A stretch of DNA of 64,000 bases from Eledone cirrhosa (lineage: Eukaryota), in contig OZ024743.1 of assembly GCA_964016885.1 (NCBI GenBank), positions 279,062,001 through 279,126,000 on the forward strand. The letters run 5' to 3'. The position numbers were made by a program, and so were the translations under genes. Below, piece by piece: positions 1-12,632 of this stretch; position 1 is the stretch's first letter, and each line of letters begins with the position of its first letter. Under the pieces are notes generated by a model that saw only the letters and a program-made list of their open reading frames with translations, was not told the DNA's origin and searched no databases.

Positions 1-40
1 CCGCAGTCAGAGAAGAAGGATACGATAGAAATAAAATAAT

Positions 41-242
41 TTTTCTACTTTTGGCACAAGGCCAGCAATTATCCCAGTGTGTTACTGGTACTTTATTTTA
101 TCGACCTGGTAATGATGAAAGGCAAAGTTAACCTCGACGGGATTTGAACTCAGACCATAAAGGGCCGTAACTCTTTGCTGCAAAGCATGGCGTTAGACCC
201 TCTACGCATGGCGTTCGACCCTATACCGATACTGCCAATCCA
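41..242 (-). mobile_element. tRNA-derived SINE (octopod-type)
   Basis: Minus strand has A-box-like TGGCAGTATCGGT and B-box GTTCAAATCC, then TTTGCCTTTCATC...GTCGATAAAATAAAGTACC and an end GGCCTTGTGCCAAAAGTAGAAAA. Many related copies occur in the window. Confidence 0.8.
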
Positions 243-948
243 TAATAATGATAAAACATGTGACGAATGTTGATACTGACCACAGCAATTCAAATTTGGT
301 TTCAATTTATTCATCAATGGTCAGTTGTTTATTTTTCTGTGACGAATCTCAATTAGATTATATCATGTGTCCAGTAAAAGAGGAAAACAAAATTAAATAA
401 TGATGGAATGGGGGAGGAGAAGGGAGTGGTAGATTCTAAACTTCTGTTCAGGTAGTGTAACACAGTTGCACCCTGCTGACACAATATCGAATACATTGCT
501 GCAGATTACAGTCAGCTGCATCAGTCACACCAACTCATTGGTTCTACCTCCAGGCGGGATGTACTCCTCCTAATTTGGGGGAGAATAAAGGACAATTTCG
601 AGGCCGAGGTCATCGGAGGTCTCGGCAGCGACCGGCAGGAAAAGGAATTGGTCGGTCAGGTCCTAATTATTTGTGTATTTATTTTAGCTGTTATGAGAAG
701 TGCTTCCATGAAAGACTGTCTATGCTTATAAGAAATACTGTATAGTATTGCTGTGTTGTCAACTAATTCCTGCTACTTAGTTGTTTATTGTATTGCGTGA
801 TTAGTGCATTGAAATCTATCCTTGTTGTAAATATATGGTAAGCGATGTTCATGTCAACATTACTGTTCAAATCACGTTAATCATTAGCAGGTTTATACAA
901 ATATTGACGTAAAGAAAAGGCACTAGATAATATCATTCATTGCATTTT

Positions 949-992
<44 letters not shown>

Positions 993-1453
993 GAGACCGG
1001 GAGAGTGGGTAAGATAGATAAATAGATCTTCATCAGAGCGTGTTTTTCTAGGACTTGCACAGGTACAAATAGACGTTGTGTATTTATCAGTGCATACGAA
1101 AGAGGAAGGCTAACAAGCATTTTAAAACAGAGCCGGTGAATTAGAGACACAGACAATAACGAAAGGAACTGAATATAGAGACAATTCTGTTATGGCCTCT
1201 TAGATTCAACAATAGCAATAACTGAAGTTAACACAAAAAAGTTAAATTTACAGAAATGAGCATTATAATGATTAAAGAAATGAATATCGCAAATGTAGCG
1301 AAGAGAGTTTTTACCGTGTGAAGCGGCTGCTCAGCTCAATAAAGACAAAGTGAATTCATATTCAGAGAAATAAGAGATTAAAATACAATGATGGCTAAAA
1401 CGAAAGGATACTGGAAAATAAAGTCATGTCATAAAATCATATTTGAATGCGTG

Positions 1454-1455
<2 letters not shown>

Positions 1456-1547
<92 letters not shown>

Positions 1548-1679
1548 TGTGAGGACTGTCTATGTACCACTGCCTGATATTGTATTTGTTTCTCTACATC
1601 AGTATGTATGTGTATGTGTGTCTGTATGATATATACATTACTCTGCGGACGTGTTCTATTCTTCATGTGTGTGTGTGTC

Positions 1680-1748
<69 letters not shown>

Positions 1749-2341
1749 TTAGGAGTATGAATGTGTATGTCTGTGTACTATGTGCAAGGGTGTCTATATA
1801 ATTGTGCATATGAATTGTTTGTTTTTTTTTATATTTGTATGACTTTGTATGTAACTGTCTATTAGAGTGTGTGTGTGGCTGCATATATATGTGTCTATCT
1901 ATGAGCGTATATGTGTGTCTATGAGACAGTATTAGTATCTGTGTGGGGAGTAGGAGGGGGAGGGGGTAACATGAAGTAAAAAGAAGTATTAAAGAAAATT
2001 GACATTGAGGCAGAAAGATAATTCCACAATATATGTGTATGTATATGTTTTTGAATTTGCATATATACGAGGGTGTGTTTCTGTGTGTCTATTGTCTGTA
2101 TGTTTGTACCAAGAACTGCCTTTAAAAACGTCGTTTAAATTGGAATGCACAGGCTGTTGGGGGGTAATAAATAGGATATGGGGAGGAGACTGGCTGCTGT
2201 GGACAGCTGAGTATAATAATAAAATAAATATATAAAATGAATTACAAAATATAGAATAAATTGACACACAGACAGACACGTATACACAAACAGATACACA
2301 CATACACTCATAAACGCACACACACGCACACACACACACAC

Positions 2342-2415
<74 letters not shown>

Positions 2416-2522
2416 GTGTGTGTGTGTATATATATACATATATGCATATATATATATATATGTATATATATGTATATATATATATGCATATATATATGCA
2501 TATATATATATGTATGTATATA

Positions 2523-2611
<89 letters not shown>

Positions 2612-2646
2612 TATATTTATATACATATATATATGCGTATATATAC

Positions 2647-2719
<73 letters not shown>

Positions 2720-2745
2720 CATATATATGTATATATATATATATA
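1456..2745. repeat. (TG)n, (CA)n and (TA)n microsatellite cluster
   Basis: Dinucleotide arrays read directly; source of the YI/CV/HT ORFs. Confidence 0.95.
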
Positions 2746-3076
2746 AAGATAGATAGACATATTAACAAGACAAAAATAACAAAACTCACTACTGATATTA
2801 AAAGAAAAATATATATGTAAAATAAATACAAATATTCAAAACTATAAATAAATATAATTATTATAATGAATAAATAAATAAATATAATTACAATAACTAA
2901 ATAATAAAAAAATTATATGAATAAATATCAAGCTAACACTAATAATAACAATAATATAAAAATAATAAATATATAAATAGAAATGTCAACGTCCGTCACA
3001 GGAATAGAAGGAAGGGTTAGTAGGGGTGGCAGAAATATTACTAGAGAGAGAGGGGGTAGGAGAAAGAGGGGAGAGA

Positions 3077-3181
3077 GAAGAAGAAGAAGAAGAAGAAGAA
3101 GAAGAAGAAGAAGAAGAAGAAGAAGAAGAAGAAGAAGAAGAAGGAGAAGAAGAAGAAGAAGAAGAAGAAGAAGAAGAAGAA
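3077..3181. repeat. (AAG)n microsatellite
   Basis: Directly visible. Confidence 0.95.
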
Positions 3182-3902
3182 AGATGGTGATGAAAAAGAA
3201 CTAATTAAGAAAGGGGGAGGGAGAAAGAAGGAGTGGTAAAAAAGAGGGAAGGAGATGAGAGCAGCAAGTATTAAGAGGAAGAGAGACAGAGTCTGTTGAG
3301 GGAGTAAGATGTATGATATAGTGAGCGAGTATAAAAGTGAGAAAGAGAGGGTAAGAAGTTAGCAAAAGACACATTGAGAGAATCAAGTCAGAAAGGAAGA
3401 TAAAGAGAACAAAAACAAAGAGTATGTGTGTGTCAGTTTCTGTCTTTATGTGTGATTTGCGTGTTTTTTGGCGTTGGTGTTTGTATGTGTATTTGTGTCT
3501 GTGTCTGTTTATGTGTTTATGTGTATATGTGTATGTGTGCGTATGTGTTTGTGTGTGCCATTGCGTGGTGTTATGCGTTTATGTATGTATGTGTATATGT
3601 GTTTATGTTTCTGTATGTGTTTATATAGTTTTGTGTGTATGTATACGTGTGTTAGAGTTTGTGTGTGTGCGTGTAGATAGAAAGAGAAGAGAGAGACAAG
3701 AAGTGTGGGAAAACAACGGAGAGAATAGATAGTAAGAGAAGATAAAGAAAGTAATATAATAAACAATTTTGAAGGAAAATAATCGTAGAGAAGTACGACG
3801 AAAAAAAATCAGAAATCTTTTATATATATCTAAATATCTGCTTCACAACCGACAGACCATAGTGTAGTCCACACATCCCTGTACGGTTAATCCCATACTA
3901 TA

Positions 3903-3987
<85 letters not shown>

Positions 3988-4319
3988 AGTTAATATAAAT
4001 TAATATATATGATAAAACACAAATACCAACATACAAGTGTTTGTATTGTAAATGACTAAGTTAGCTAGATTGAAAAATACTAATTATAATAATACAGTTT
4101 GCCTGTCTCGATTTAAAATAATAAATCAATAAAAACAAACGATATTGACAAATGGCCGTGGTACTTGGACAAATTTAAATTTCAAAATCAAACCTGTTCC
4201 GTAGATAAGTTTAAACTTCAAAATCCCAATAAGTTTCGAAATGAAAAAGTGAAAAAATACTCCGTTCAGCTCTCCTCAGCAAGTACCCTGAACAATTGGT
4301 ATCAGAGCTTGTGAGTCTT

Positions 4320-4440
4320 TCTCACAAGCTCTGATGAATTGACTGGTTACAACTATGTATTGGTGATCGAATGACGCGAAAACAAGCGTTTAGCGATCTC
4401 TAGACCTACCAGTTCAGAGAAACAATTGTCAGCAATGAGA
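4320..4440 (+). ncRNA. Type I hammerhead ribozyme motif with extended stem II
   Basis: CTGATGA at 4331-4337 and GAAAC-AATT-GTC at 4419-4430. Stem I is gct/agc plus tctca/tgaga. Stem II is actggt/accagt with inner gatcg/cgatc. ATTAAA follows. Confidence 0.7.
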
Positions 4441-4486
4441 TTAAAAACCTTTATTGTATAGCAAACCGTGTCACTCTTCTTTCATG

Positions 4487-4519
<33 letters not shown>

Positions 4520-4525
<6 letters not shown>

Positions 4526-4721
4526 AAAATGTTCAAGACCCCGACGGCAGAGTTGAAGCCGTTTCGACGGCTATTTCTGGACTAATCCAGAAATACCCGT
4601 CGAAACCGCTTGAGCTCTGCCGTCGCGGTTAATCATTTTCCTATTACCCACTCTACTACCCTAAGTATTGGGACTTTGGTGCGTTATGATCCACCTGGTT
4701 CCTTACCACACTTCCTTCGTT
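4520..4721 (+). mobile_element. Fold-back repeat family A (hammerhead 3' half plus tail), palindromic copy
   Basis: About 60-bp inverted arms around ctaa (4581-4584), then the shared tail tacccactctactaccctaagtattg...ccttaccac. Flanked by (TA)n. Confidence 0.7.
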
Positions 4722-4761
4722 ATATATATATATATATATATATATATACTTATACGTGTGA

Positions 4762-4844
<83 letters not shown>

Positions 4845-5071
4845 TATATGTATGAGGATCTACTAAAATGTTCATGGAATGACCAAATGAGGTTTATTTT
4901 TCAACATAATCCCTAGAAAGAAACTATACACATATTAATAAGAAGAGTTGAAATTAATGCACGTAAGATTTCAGAGCTCAAGCATCAATCTTTCATATCA
5001 GCCTATCACCTTTTCAACTGACCCTCGTATATGTGAGTGCCTATTTGTTTCTTTCGTTGTTTGTGTGTGTA

Positions 5072-5115
<44 letters not shown>

Positions 5116-5581
5116 TGTTTTGTGTGTTTGTGTGTGTGTATGTATAAAGTGAGAGAGGGGGAGTAAAGTTAAGGGGAGAAACAAAGAGAGAGAAATTGTG
5201 TGAGATTTGAGACAAGGGAAAGTAAGGAGAGGAATAGAGAGAGACGAGAATGAATCCGGTGAAAAATAAAGAAAGATAGAAAATCAGGGCGAAAAGTAAA
5301 TGAGAATTGAGAAGTCATAGAAATGTATGTGTATGTATATTTGTGTGTGTGTGAATATGTATGTGGAAATTGAATAAAGATAAAACAATACAGGAACACA
5401 GTATATATTAGTTTAATGCTTGATATTATAAGAAAATTGTCTTAACGACACGCGCGTCAGATCTTCATCAGAAAACAGAACGAGAGAAATAGAAGGAAAT
5501 ATGAGAGTAAGGATGAACGAAAAAAAAAAAAATTAACGATAGAATGCATGTCCGTCTTTAACCGGCTATATATATATATAT

Positions 5582-5738
5582 ATAGGAACGAGTAGGACCC
5601 CGACGGCTGAGCTCAAGCCGTTTCGACGGCTAATTCTGGAGGGGTCCTACTCGTTCCTATTACCCACTCTACTACCCTAAGTATTGAGTACTTTGGTGCG
5701 TTATGGTCCATCTGGTTCCTTACCACATTTCCTTCGTT
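5582..5738 (+). mobile_element. Fold-back repeat family A copy
   Basis: Perfect inverted arms taggaacgagtaggacccc / ggggtcctactcgttccta, with the same tail. Confidence 0.7.
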
Positions 5739-5914
5739 ATATAGTTGCCATTTTACGTCTGTAAGTATAGATTTAATATTTAAAATTCTCTAGATCGATA
5801 CAGACGGACTATATGTACTTGAATTAAGGTATTTCTATCTGGCTAAAAAATTATTGTCATTTTGCAAAAAAAAAAAAAGTAGTGTTGATCATATATTTTT
5901 TAATTTTTAAATTG

Positions 5915-5985
<71 letters not shown>

Positions 5986-6110
5986 ATAAAGAAGAAATTA
6001 TATAATATACTCCAGTTCCACCAACTGTTGAGTTATACTTATCTGATATATGCATTTTTTTATTGTTCTACAATATTAATCACCTTCTACAAATATATAT
6101 ATATATATAA

Positions 6111-6201
<91 letters not shown>

Positions 6202-6241
6202 TGATATTAAATAAATGAAACTATATTTATAAAACCATATT

Positions 6242-6302
6242 TATTCTATTATATATATATCAAGGGTACTAACACTTTGGTACGCACTCATCAGATAAAA
6301 TA
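6242..6302 (-). ncRNA. Degenerate minimal hammerhead motif (A14 to T)
   Basis: Minus strand reads tattttat CTGATGA gtgcgtac..gtaccctt GATA tatata TA atagaata, with AATAAA overlapping the end of stem I. Confidence 0.5.
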
Positions 6303-6340
6303 CAAAGTTTGTTTTATAAATATTGACATATCCAAGATAT

Positions 6341-6476
6341 TCCAGGAATAACCGTCGAAACGGCTTGAGTTCTGCCGTCGGGGTCATACCTTTTCCTATT
6401 ACCCACTCTACTACCCTAAGTATTGAGTACTCTGGTGGGTTATTGTCCATCTGGTTCCTTACCACAATTCCTTCGT

Positions 6477-6477
<1 letters not shown>
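6341..6477 (+). mobile_element. Family A copy, single arm
   Basis: ccgtc GAAAC ggc..gcc GTC ggggtc followed by the family tail. Confidence 0.7.
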
Positions 6478-6521
<44 letters not shown>

Positions 6522-6823
6522 GTGGTTACACAACAGTTAGTTCACATACCGAGAACAATTGTTTCACCTTAGCGGATCCTCACCTCAGAATATATATATA
6601 TATTTTTCAATCATGTATATTTTTATTTGTTTGACCCGAATTACTTGATCGTATTTTTTGGCTGTGCGAATGATTGTTTAAGCATCGTATCAGTGTGTTG
6701 GTATTAAACGTTAGTTACAGCTCTGGTTTATTCGAACCATTGAGCACTTTGCCGCACATTTCGAAGACTGTTTTTCGTTATTTCGTGGGCCGAAGTTCCG
6801 ATTCTCGATAATTTTATTTGTAT

Positions 6824-6910
<87 letters not shown>

Positions 6911-6967
6911 TATATACATATATATATATACATATATATACACGTACACATATATATATATATATAT

Positions 6968-7080
6968 ATGAAAAATTTCACCTCGACGGCAGAGCTCAAG
7001 CCGTTTCGACGGCTATTTCTGGGGGCGAAAAAGATGTCGAAACGGCTTGTGCTCTGCCGTTGGGGTCTTGCACATTTTCC

Positions 7081-7083
<3 letters not shown>
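6968..7083. mobile_element. Family A palindromic copy
   Basis: Inverted arms gacggcagagctcaagccgtttcgac / gtcgaaacggcttgtgctctgccgtt between (TA)n tracts. Confidence 0.65.
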
Positions 7084-7121
<38 letters not shown>

Positions 7122-7401
7122 TATGGATAGATAGATATGTTTCTTTTATTTGCCACCAGGGCATCAAAAGTGGGACAAGTACAATGGGGGGAGTTTACAA
7201 AACAAGGCGTCCTCAATAAGGAGGAGGCAATAACAATATATAAAAATAAAATAAAATATAACAAAAAATAAAATTTATAGCAAAGTCCTCAATAGAGAGG
7301 AGGCGCCTTGGGGGGTCGCACACACCCCCGAAAAAAGTGTGCAACCCTTCTCCTCAGGAGCACAGAGAAGGGGTGCTCCCTTGGTCTTTCATCTTCCTCA
7401 C

Positions 7402-10400
7402 CTATAGTCTGATGTAGAGTGAAGGCCCATTCACACGGGCCATTCTCGCCACTTTCACCCATCTTTCATAGAAACGGCTGGGGTGCAGCACCTCTCTCTC
7501 CATCCTGATCCTTCTTCCGAAATGATATCGGAAGAAACGGACCAGTTGTTGGCCAGAGAGAAAGGTGTCTGACCTCAGTCCTTTCAGACGCGTCCACCAT
7601 ACAACCTCTTTCGCCATGGCTATTACGCACAGAAACACCGCCTCTCCTTCGTTTTTGAAGAGGGGAGGCGGCTTGATCGTTACAATAGACTCGGTGGTCA
7701 ACCGGATTGGTCCCACCCTTGACAGCAGTTGTTCGACATAACCCCACAGATCGGCAATGCCCGAGCAATGTACCAATGCGTGTGCAACGGTTTCCTCGTC
7801 GCACACGCATCTGGGACAAATCTTTTTCGATGGGTCCCTACCCGGGCGCCCGTGTCTGTAGAGCCTTTCTCGAACGGGCAGAGCCCTTCTGTAGCATTGC
7901 CAGGCCAGGGACCTCTGGAAGTTATCCATGGGTCCCGGGCTGAATGTCCTACCGAACAGGTTGGCCAGTTCGTCTTCCTCCATGCCTAGGGCTTCTCCGA
8001 GGGCGTCGTCGCACCTGCTAACTACCAGCCCTCTATAGAATGACGAGGTGGATTCTCCACTGACAGCCGGGTCCGCCTGCCAGAGAGCCGTGAGTGCCTG
8101 GGCACACTCGGTGTGCCAGGCGCCCAGTTTTCTCGGTCTTTGCTTGACCCAGGATTTCAGCTCGGTGAGTGAGACGAGTCTGGGAAAGGCTCGCCTCACA
8201 AACGGGGCCCACACCGGTTGACCGGAGAGGAATACCTGAAGGTGCCGTAGCCTTAATGCGTGTTTACGTATCATTAGCCACGGCACCCCCAGCCCTCCTT
8301 TCGAAGGGTGTTGACAGCAGATGGATCTCCTCACCATAGGAGCCCGCTTCTTCCAAAGGAATTGGAAGAGTGCGCGCTCCATTTTGGCGAGCGTTTCCCT
8401 TGGGCAAGGCACAACGGTCAGGCGGTAGTAGATGACGGACGCTATATAAGTGTTCGCCACCTCCGCCCGTCCTTTCAGGGACAGTTTGCACTCGGCCCAC
8501 TTCTGGGTCAGTGCAAACACCCTGTTCGTCACCTCACCCCAGTTCTTCTCCACCTGGAGGTTTGGTCCGAACCAGACCCCGAGCAACTTCACCGGGCCCT
8601 CCGTCCAGCGCCCGACGACGCCATCGGAGGGCATCGATCTGCCCCTCCACGTGCCGAGTTGCAGACCGATCGACTTGTCCCGGTTCAGCTTAGCCCCTGT
8701 AAACCTTTCGTACTCCTCCAGTAAGGTGCCGATCGCCCTGATTTCCGAGGCCGTCGACACCATTACTGTTACGTCATCGGCGTAGGCTGAAACCGCTTTC
8801 CGCAATCCCGGTTCCAACGGGATGCCCTGCAACAACTCCAACTTCCGCAGCAGTGGCTCTAGAGTCATTACATACAGAAGGGAGGAGAGAGGGCACCCCT
8901 GTCGGATGGACCGCGCGATTTCGAACGGCTCCTAGAGGTAGCCGTTCACCTTGACCCTAGAGCAGATGCGGCTGCTGTGCATGGCATTGATCCAGCCCCT
9001 GAAAACGGGTCCGAAGCCTGCCGCCGCTAGCACCGCATCCAGGTAACCATGGTCGACCCTATCGAATGCCTTAGATTGATCCAAGTTGATCAGGGCCCCA
9101 CCAAAGCCGGGTTCGTTCCCAACCCTCTCTATGATGTATCGCATGAGGTGGAGGTTATCGTGGATGGACCTGGACGGGATAGCACATGTCTGCGCATCTC
9201 CCACCAGGTTGCCCACGACAAGCGCCAACCTCTTTGCTAGCACCTTGGCCAAAATCTGTAACTCTGTATTTAGCAGAGTTATGGGCCTGAAATTATTTAT
9301 ATCGTCCCCCTTGTTCTCGTCCTTCCTCACTAGCGTGACTACGCCCTTGGTCACAGCACAGGGAATTCTCCCGTTCTGTTGCCAGTTGCAGTAGACCGCC
9401 TCGAGGAGTTCGGGGAACAAGTCCGGCATAGCTAGATATAGTTCGTATGGAAGACCATCGAGACCCGGCGATTTGCGTTTGCCGCATTGGCTCAGCACGT
9501 CCTCTATCCCAGCGGCTGAAATCGGCTCCTCGCAGGACTTCGCCTCCCTGTCCGAGAGACGCGGCAGGCCGTCGAGGTATGGACCGAAGTCCACGTCCCC
9601 AATCGGCCCCCCGCCCCTTCCGAACAATCCGGCAAAGTGCTTTTGAAAAGCCTCGAACATCTGCTTAGGTTCAAGGATCACCCGTCCATCCTGGTCTCGC
9701 AAAGACCGGATAGTGGATCTGCTCCCTCTTTTGGCTTCTGTCACGCGGGCCCAGCTAACAGCTTTGGTCCCCTCGTTTCCCAGAGCACGTATTTTGCTTC
9801 GGATAATGCAGCCTTCGTGTTTCGCGTCGAAGAACTGGCCCAGGGCCGTTCTCGACGCTAGCACTCTGGCCACGTCGCCGCTTCTAATTGCCTCTTCTAC
9901 ACTATCTACCAACTCCCTTTCCTTCCTATTTCTATTTGAGGCTAACTCCTTACTAAATTCTATAGAGACTACTCTAATCTCTCTTTTGAGAGATCCCCAC
10001 CACCTGCTGTTGACGATGGCGCCCGTCAACCGCTCCTTAACTAAAGTGCTAATCCGTTTCCTGTAAGCCTTACTTGCCGGTAAGGACAAGTTGAGCTTCC
10101 AGTAACCGGGTCCCTGTCTATGAGTTCTGTCAAGGTTGACCATGCAGGTCACTAATTTGTGGTCTGAATAGCCAACCATGCATGCGCATTTTTGAACAAC
10201 TTAAAAAGTCCTTATCCTTAATTCTAACTAAGAACCTATCTAGGTACGACCTAGATGATCCGCTACGATTTGCCCAAGTCCAGGTTGGCGCAGTCGGAAA
10301 ATCTAGTCGATATCTATCGGCCAGGTCAAATCGACCGATTAACCCTTTGAGGCTATTACACCCCTCTCTATCGGGGCAGGCCCCTACGTAGTCCCAGCGT

Positions 10401-10843
10401 GCATCTAGGATACCATTCCAGTCCCCCACTAATAGCAAGGAGCGGGACGTCCCTAGAAAAGTCTCCAGACGATGGAAGAAGTCCGGCCGCATTGACCCGA
10501 AAGGGCCGTAGGCGGCTACCAACCTAAACGCTCCGCCTTTACCACTGCCAAGGTCCAGAACCACTAGTCGACCCTCCGGGTCCAAATGTACCATCTGTGT
10601 TGCGAGACCCAGATGTTTTTGCAGCAGAACGACAACTCCACCCCCACCTCCGGGCTGACAGAGAGATGCGTGCATCTCAAAGTCATCAAAGGTGGGGGCC
10701 AGCTGTCGCACGTTGCTGATCCGGGCCTCGCAAATAACCATCACATCTATACGTTGTGACCTGAGGTCATTTAGAAGCATTGCTTGCTTCCAAGTTGAGC
10801 CCAGGCCACGCGCATTTAAACAGCCTACTCTTAGCATAGCCAT
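7402..10843 (-). pseudogene. Tx1-A ORF2 (APE endonuclease, reverse transcriptase, zinc-binding motif), two frameshifts
   Basis: APE motifs LNARGL, GDWNGILD, SYLDRF, SDHK. RT motifs SPGLDG, FRPITLLN, LDQSKAFD, RQGCPLS, AYADD. C-terminal CPRC..ETVAHALVHC. Split over ORFs 10130-10867, 8932-10179 and 7402-8868. Confidence 0.92.
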
Positions 10844-11183
10844 GTTGGTGGTGAAGAGAAAAGGCACTTACCTCTCTGCGTCCCGGGTATCGAGTTGCAC
10901 AATTTCCATTAGGGTGGGGATGGGTTGTTGGGTGGGGTGGTGGTTTGTGGAAGTGTAGGGGCATCAGTGTGTTGTGTGGTTGGGGAGCTTGGAGTTGTGT
11001 GGGTGTTTGGGGAGGGGGTGGGGTAGTTTTTTAGGAGGACGCGGTTAATGGGCCCGACGCAGGGGGGACCCAAGTCCTCTTTAAAATTGTTTTTTAAAGT
11101 TTTATAGGTGTCCTGTGGGGCCTTAATCATTTTGAGGTGGGGGAAATCCCCTGCCTGGGTGAAGTTAGGCCCTTGTGTTTTTA

Positions 11184-12632
11184 TTAGATTGTTGTTGTAC
11201 ACATGTTTAACAGTTTTTTGTTTCTTGTGTTTATGTATGTGTATGCATGTTTTTGTTTTTGTGTGGTGTTTTTTGTTTGCTGTTGTTGTGAGCTCTTTTG
11301 TGTTGGTGTCAGTGTCATGTTTTGGGGAGGGGTTGTTTTCATTTGTGTGTCTGAGGTGTGTTTTCTTTTTTTTCTTTTGATTGTGTGGAAGTGCTCCTCC
11401 TCGTCTGACGACGAACTAGGGTCATCTTCCGCGTTGGAGGGGAGGGGTATATTTTCGGGTTGTGTTTGCGGTGCGGGTGTTTTGGAAATTGTTTTTGTTT
11501 TTTGAGTGGAGGGGATGGGTTGGACATTGTTTTGTTTTGGTTTGAGCTGTGGTGGTTGTTTTTGTAGTGGTAGTTGTGGTGATTGTGTTGGTTGTGCAGT
11601 TGTTGGTGGTGTAGGCAGGATTGGGGTTTTCTTATTAAGTTGGGGACAGACAGCCCTCAGGTGACCTCTGGTTCCGCAGAGGTAACACGAGGGCCGTCTA
11701 CCCTCAACGGTAATGTTGATGAAGGATAGATCATCCAGTATGACGCGTTCAGGGATCTGGGCGATCCTTTCGGGCCTCATTTGAACTACAAGTTCGAGGC
11801 TCGTTCCACTGAACGCGTCACCCGATGCCTTTCCCATGGACACCAGCATGTCATCCTCCAGGTCCAGGAAACCTGTCAAAACCCACCATATGTCCATAAT
11901 CGGCAGGATGGTGTGGATTTTTATTTTTTGTGTTCTTCTACCCATGTACGTAGGGTAGAAGGTGTATGCGGTGGATGTGATTGGTTTGATGGACAGTTTC
12001 ACTGCTGTGTCCCTGTCCTTCATGAGAATGGATAGACTCCCGTAGAGTCTATCCTTCTGAATGAAGGTGATGTCCTTCATGACGTCTTTTAAAACCAGCT
12101 CTATCTCACTCTGTGATGGTTGAGCTGGCTTTTTACTTTTGTTCGAGATTGTCCTAAACATGACCGTATTTAGGAGTCTCTGGCTTTTTAGTTCCGGGGT
12201 GTGGGAGGAATGGATTGTGAATGAACCAGCCAGTAGCTCCTTCGCTTTGGTTATATCTACTGGCAGATAGTCGAGGGTTTTCCTTGTCGTCTCGGCGAAG
12301 GAGAAATTTTGTTTGTTTGTGTTGTTGTTGTCGTTGGTGGTGTTGTTGTTATCATTGTTGTTGTTGTCACCGTTATTGGTCTTGTTGTTGTTGTTATTGT
12401 TATTGGTGTTGTTTTCGTCCGTCGCATTGTTGTTGTTGTTGCTGTTGCTGGTGCCGCTGGTTCTTTGCGTTGTTGCCATGGCAACGTCAAGTTGTCGGTT
12501 AACAGGTGGAGAGAATTCTTCCTCTGGCTGACCTTTCTTCTTGACCTCTGCTACTGTGACAGTGGCAGGGGGAAGCTGTAAGTTTATCTTCCCCTTTCCT
12601 CCTTCGAATTTTGGTGAAGAAGCTTCGGCCAT
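11184..12632 (-). CDS. Tx1-A ORF1 (gag-like nucleic-acid-binding protein); C-terminus probably continues out of frame toward ~10870
   Basis: 482-aa ORF upstream of ORF2 with CX2CX4HX4C knuckle CYLCGTRGHLRAVC, Asn-rich N-terminus and Pro/Thr-rich tail. Homologous to 51518-52440 plus 48815-49224. Confidence 0.85.
   Translation of the reverse strand: MAEASSPKFEGGKGKINLQLPPATVTVAEVKKKGQPEEEFSPPVNRQLDVAMATTQRTSGTSNSNNNNNATDENNTNNNNNNNKTNNGDNNNNDNNNTTNDNNNTNKQNFSFAETTRKTLDYLPVDITKAKELLAGSFTIHSSHTPELKSQRLLNTVMFRTISNKSKKPAQPSQSEIELVLKDVMKDITFIQKDRLYGSLSILMKDRDTAVKLSIKPITSTAYTFYPTYMGRRTQKIKIHTILPIMDIWWVLTGFLDLEDDMLVSMGKASGDAFSGTSLELVVQMRPERIAQIPERVILDDLSFINITVEGRRPSCYLCGTRGHLRAVCPQLNKKTPILPTPPTTAQPTQSPQLPLQKQPPQLKPKQNNVQPIPSTQKTKTISKTPAPQTQPENIPLPSNAEDDPSSSSDEEEHFHTIKRKKRKHTSDTQMKTTPPQNMTLTPTQKSSQQQQTKNTTQKQKHAYTYINTRNKKLLNMCTTTI

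Noticed and set aside
1424-2831. YIYI, CVCV and HTHT ORFs here and at 17.4-19.5 kb, 33.3-33.7 kb and 36.6-37.4 kb
   Set aside because: Stop-free frames of dinucleotide microsatellites.
6545-6595. Hammerhead-like strings at 6545-6595(-), 5425-5475(-), 13955-13998(+), 54420-54470(-) and 35420-35595(+)
   Set aside because: Core substitutions and/or no pairable stem I. Possible remnants, but not supportable individually.
7466-10391. Antisense or overlapping ORFs within the Tx1 and R4 coding regions
   Set aside because: Shadow frames of GC-richer coding DNA with no recognisable motifs.
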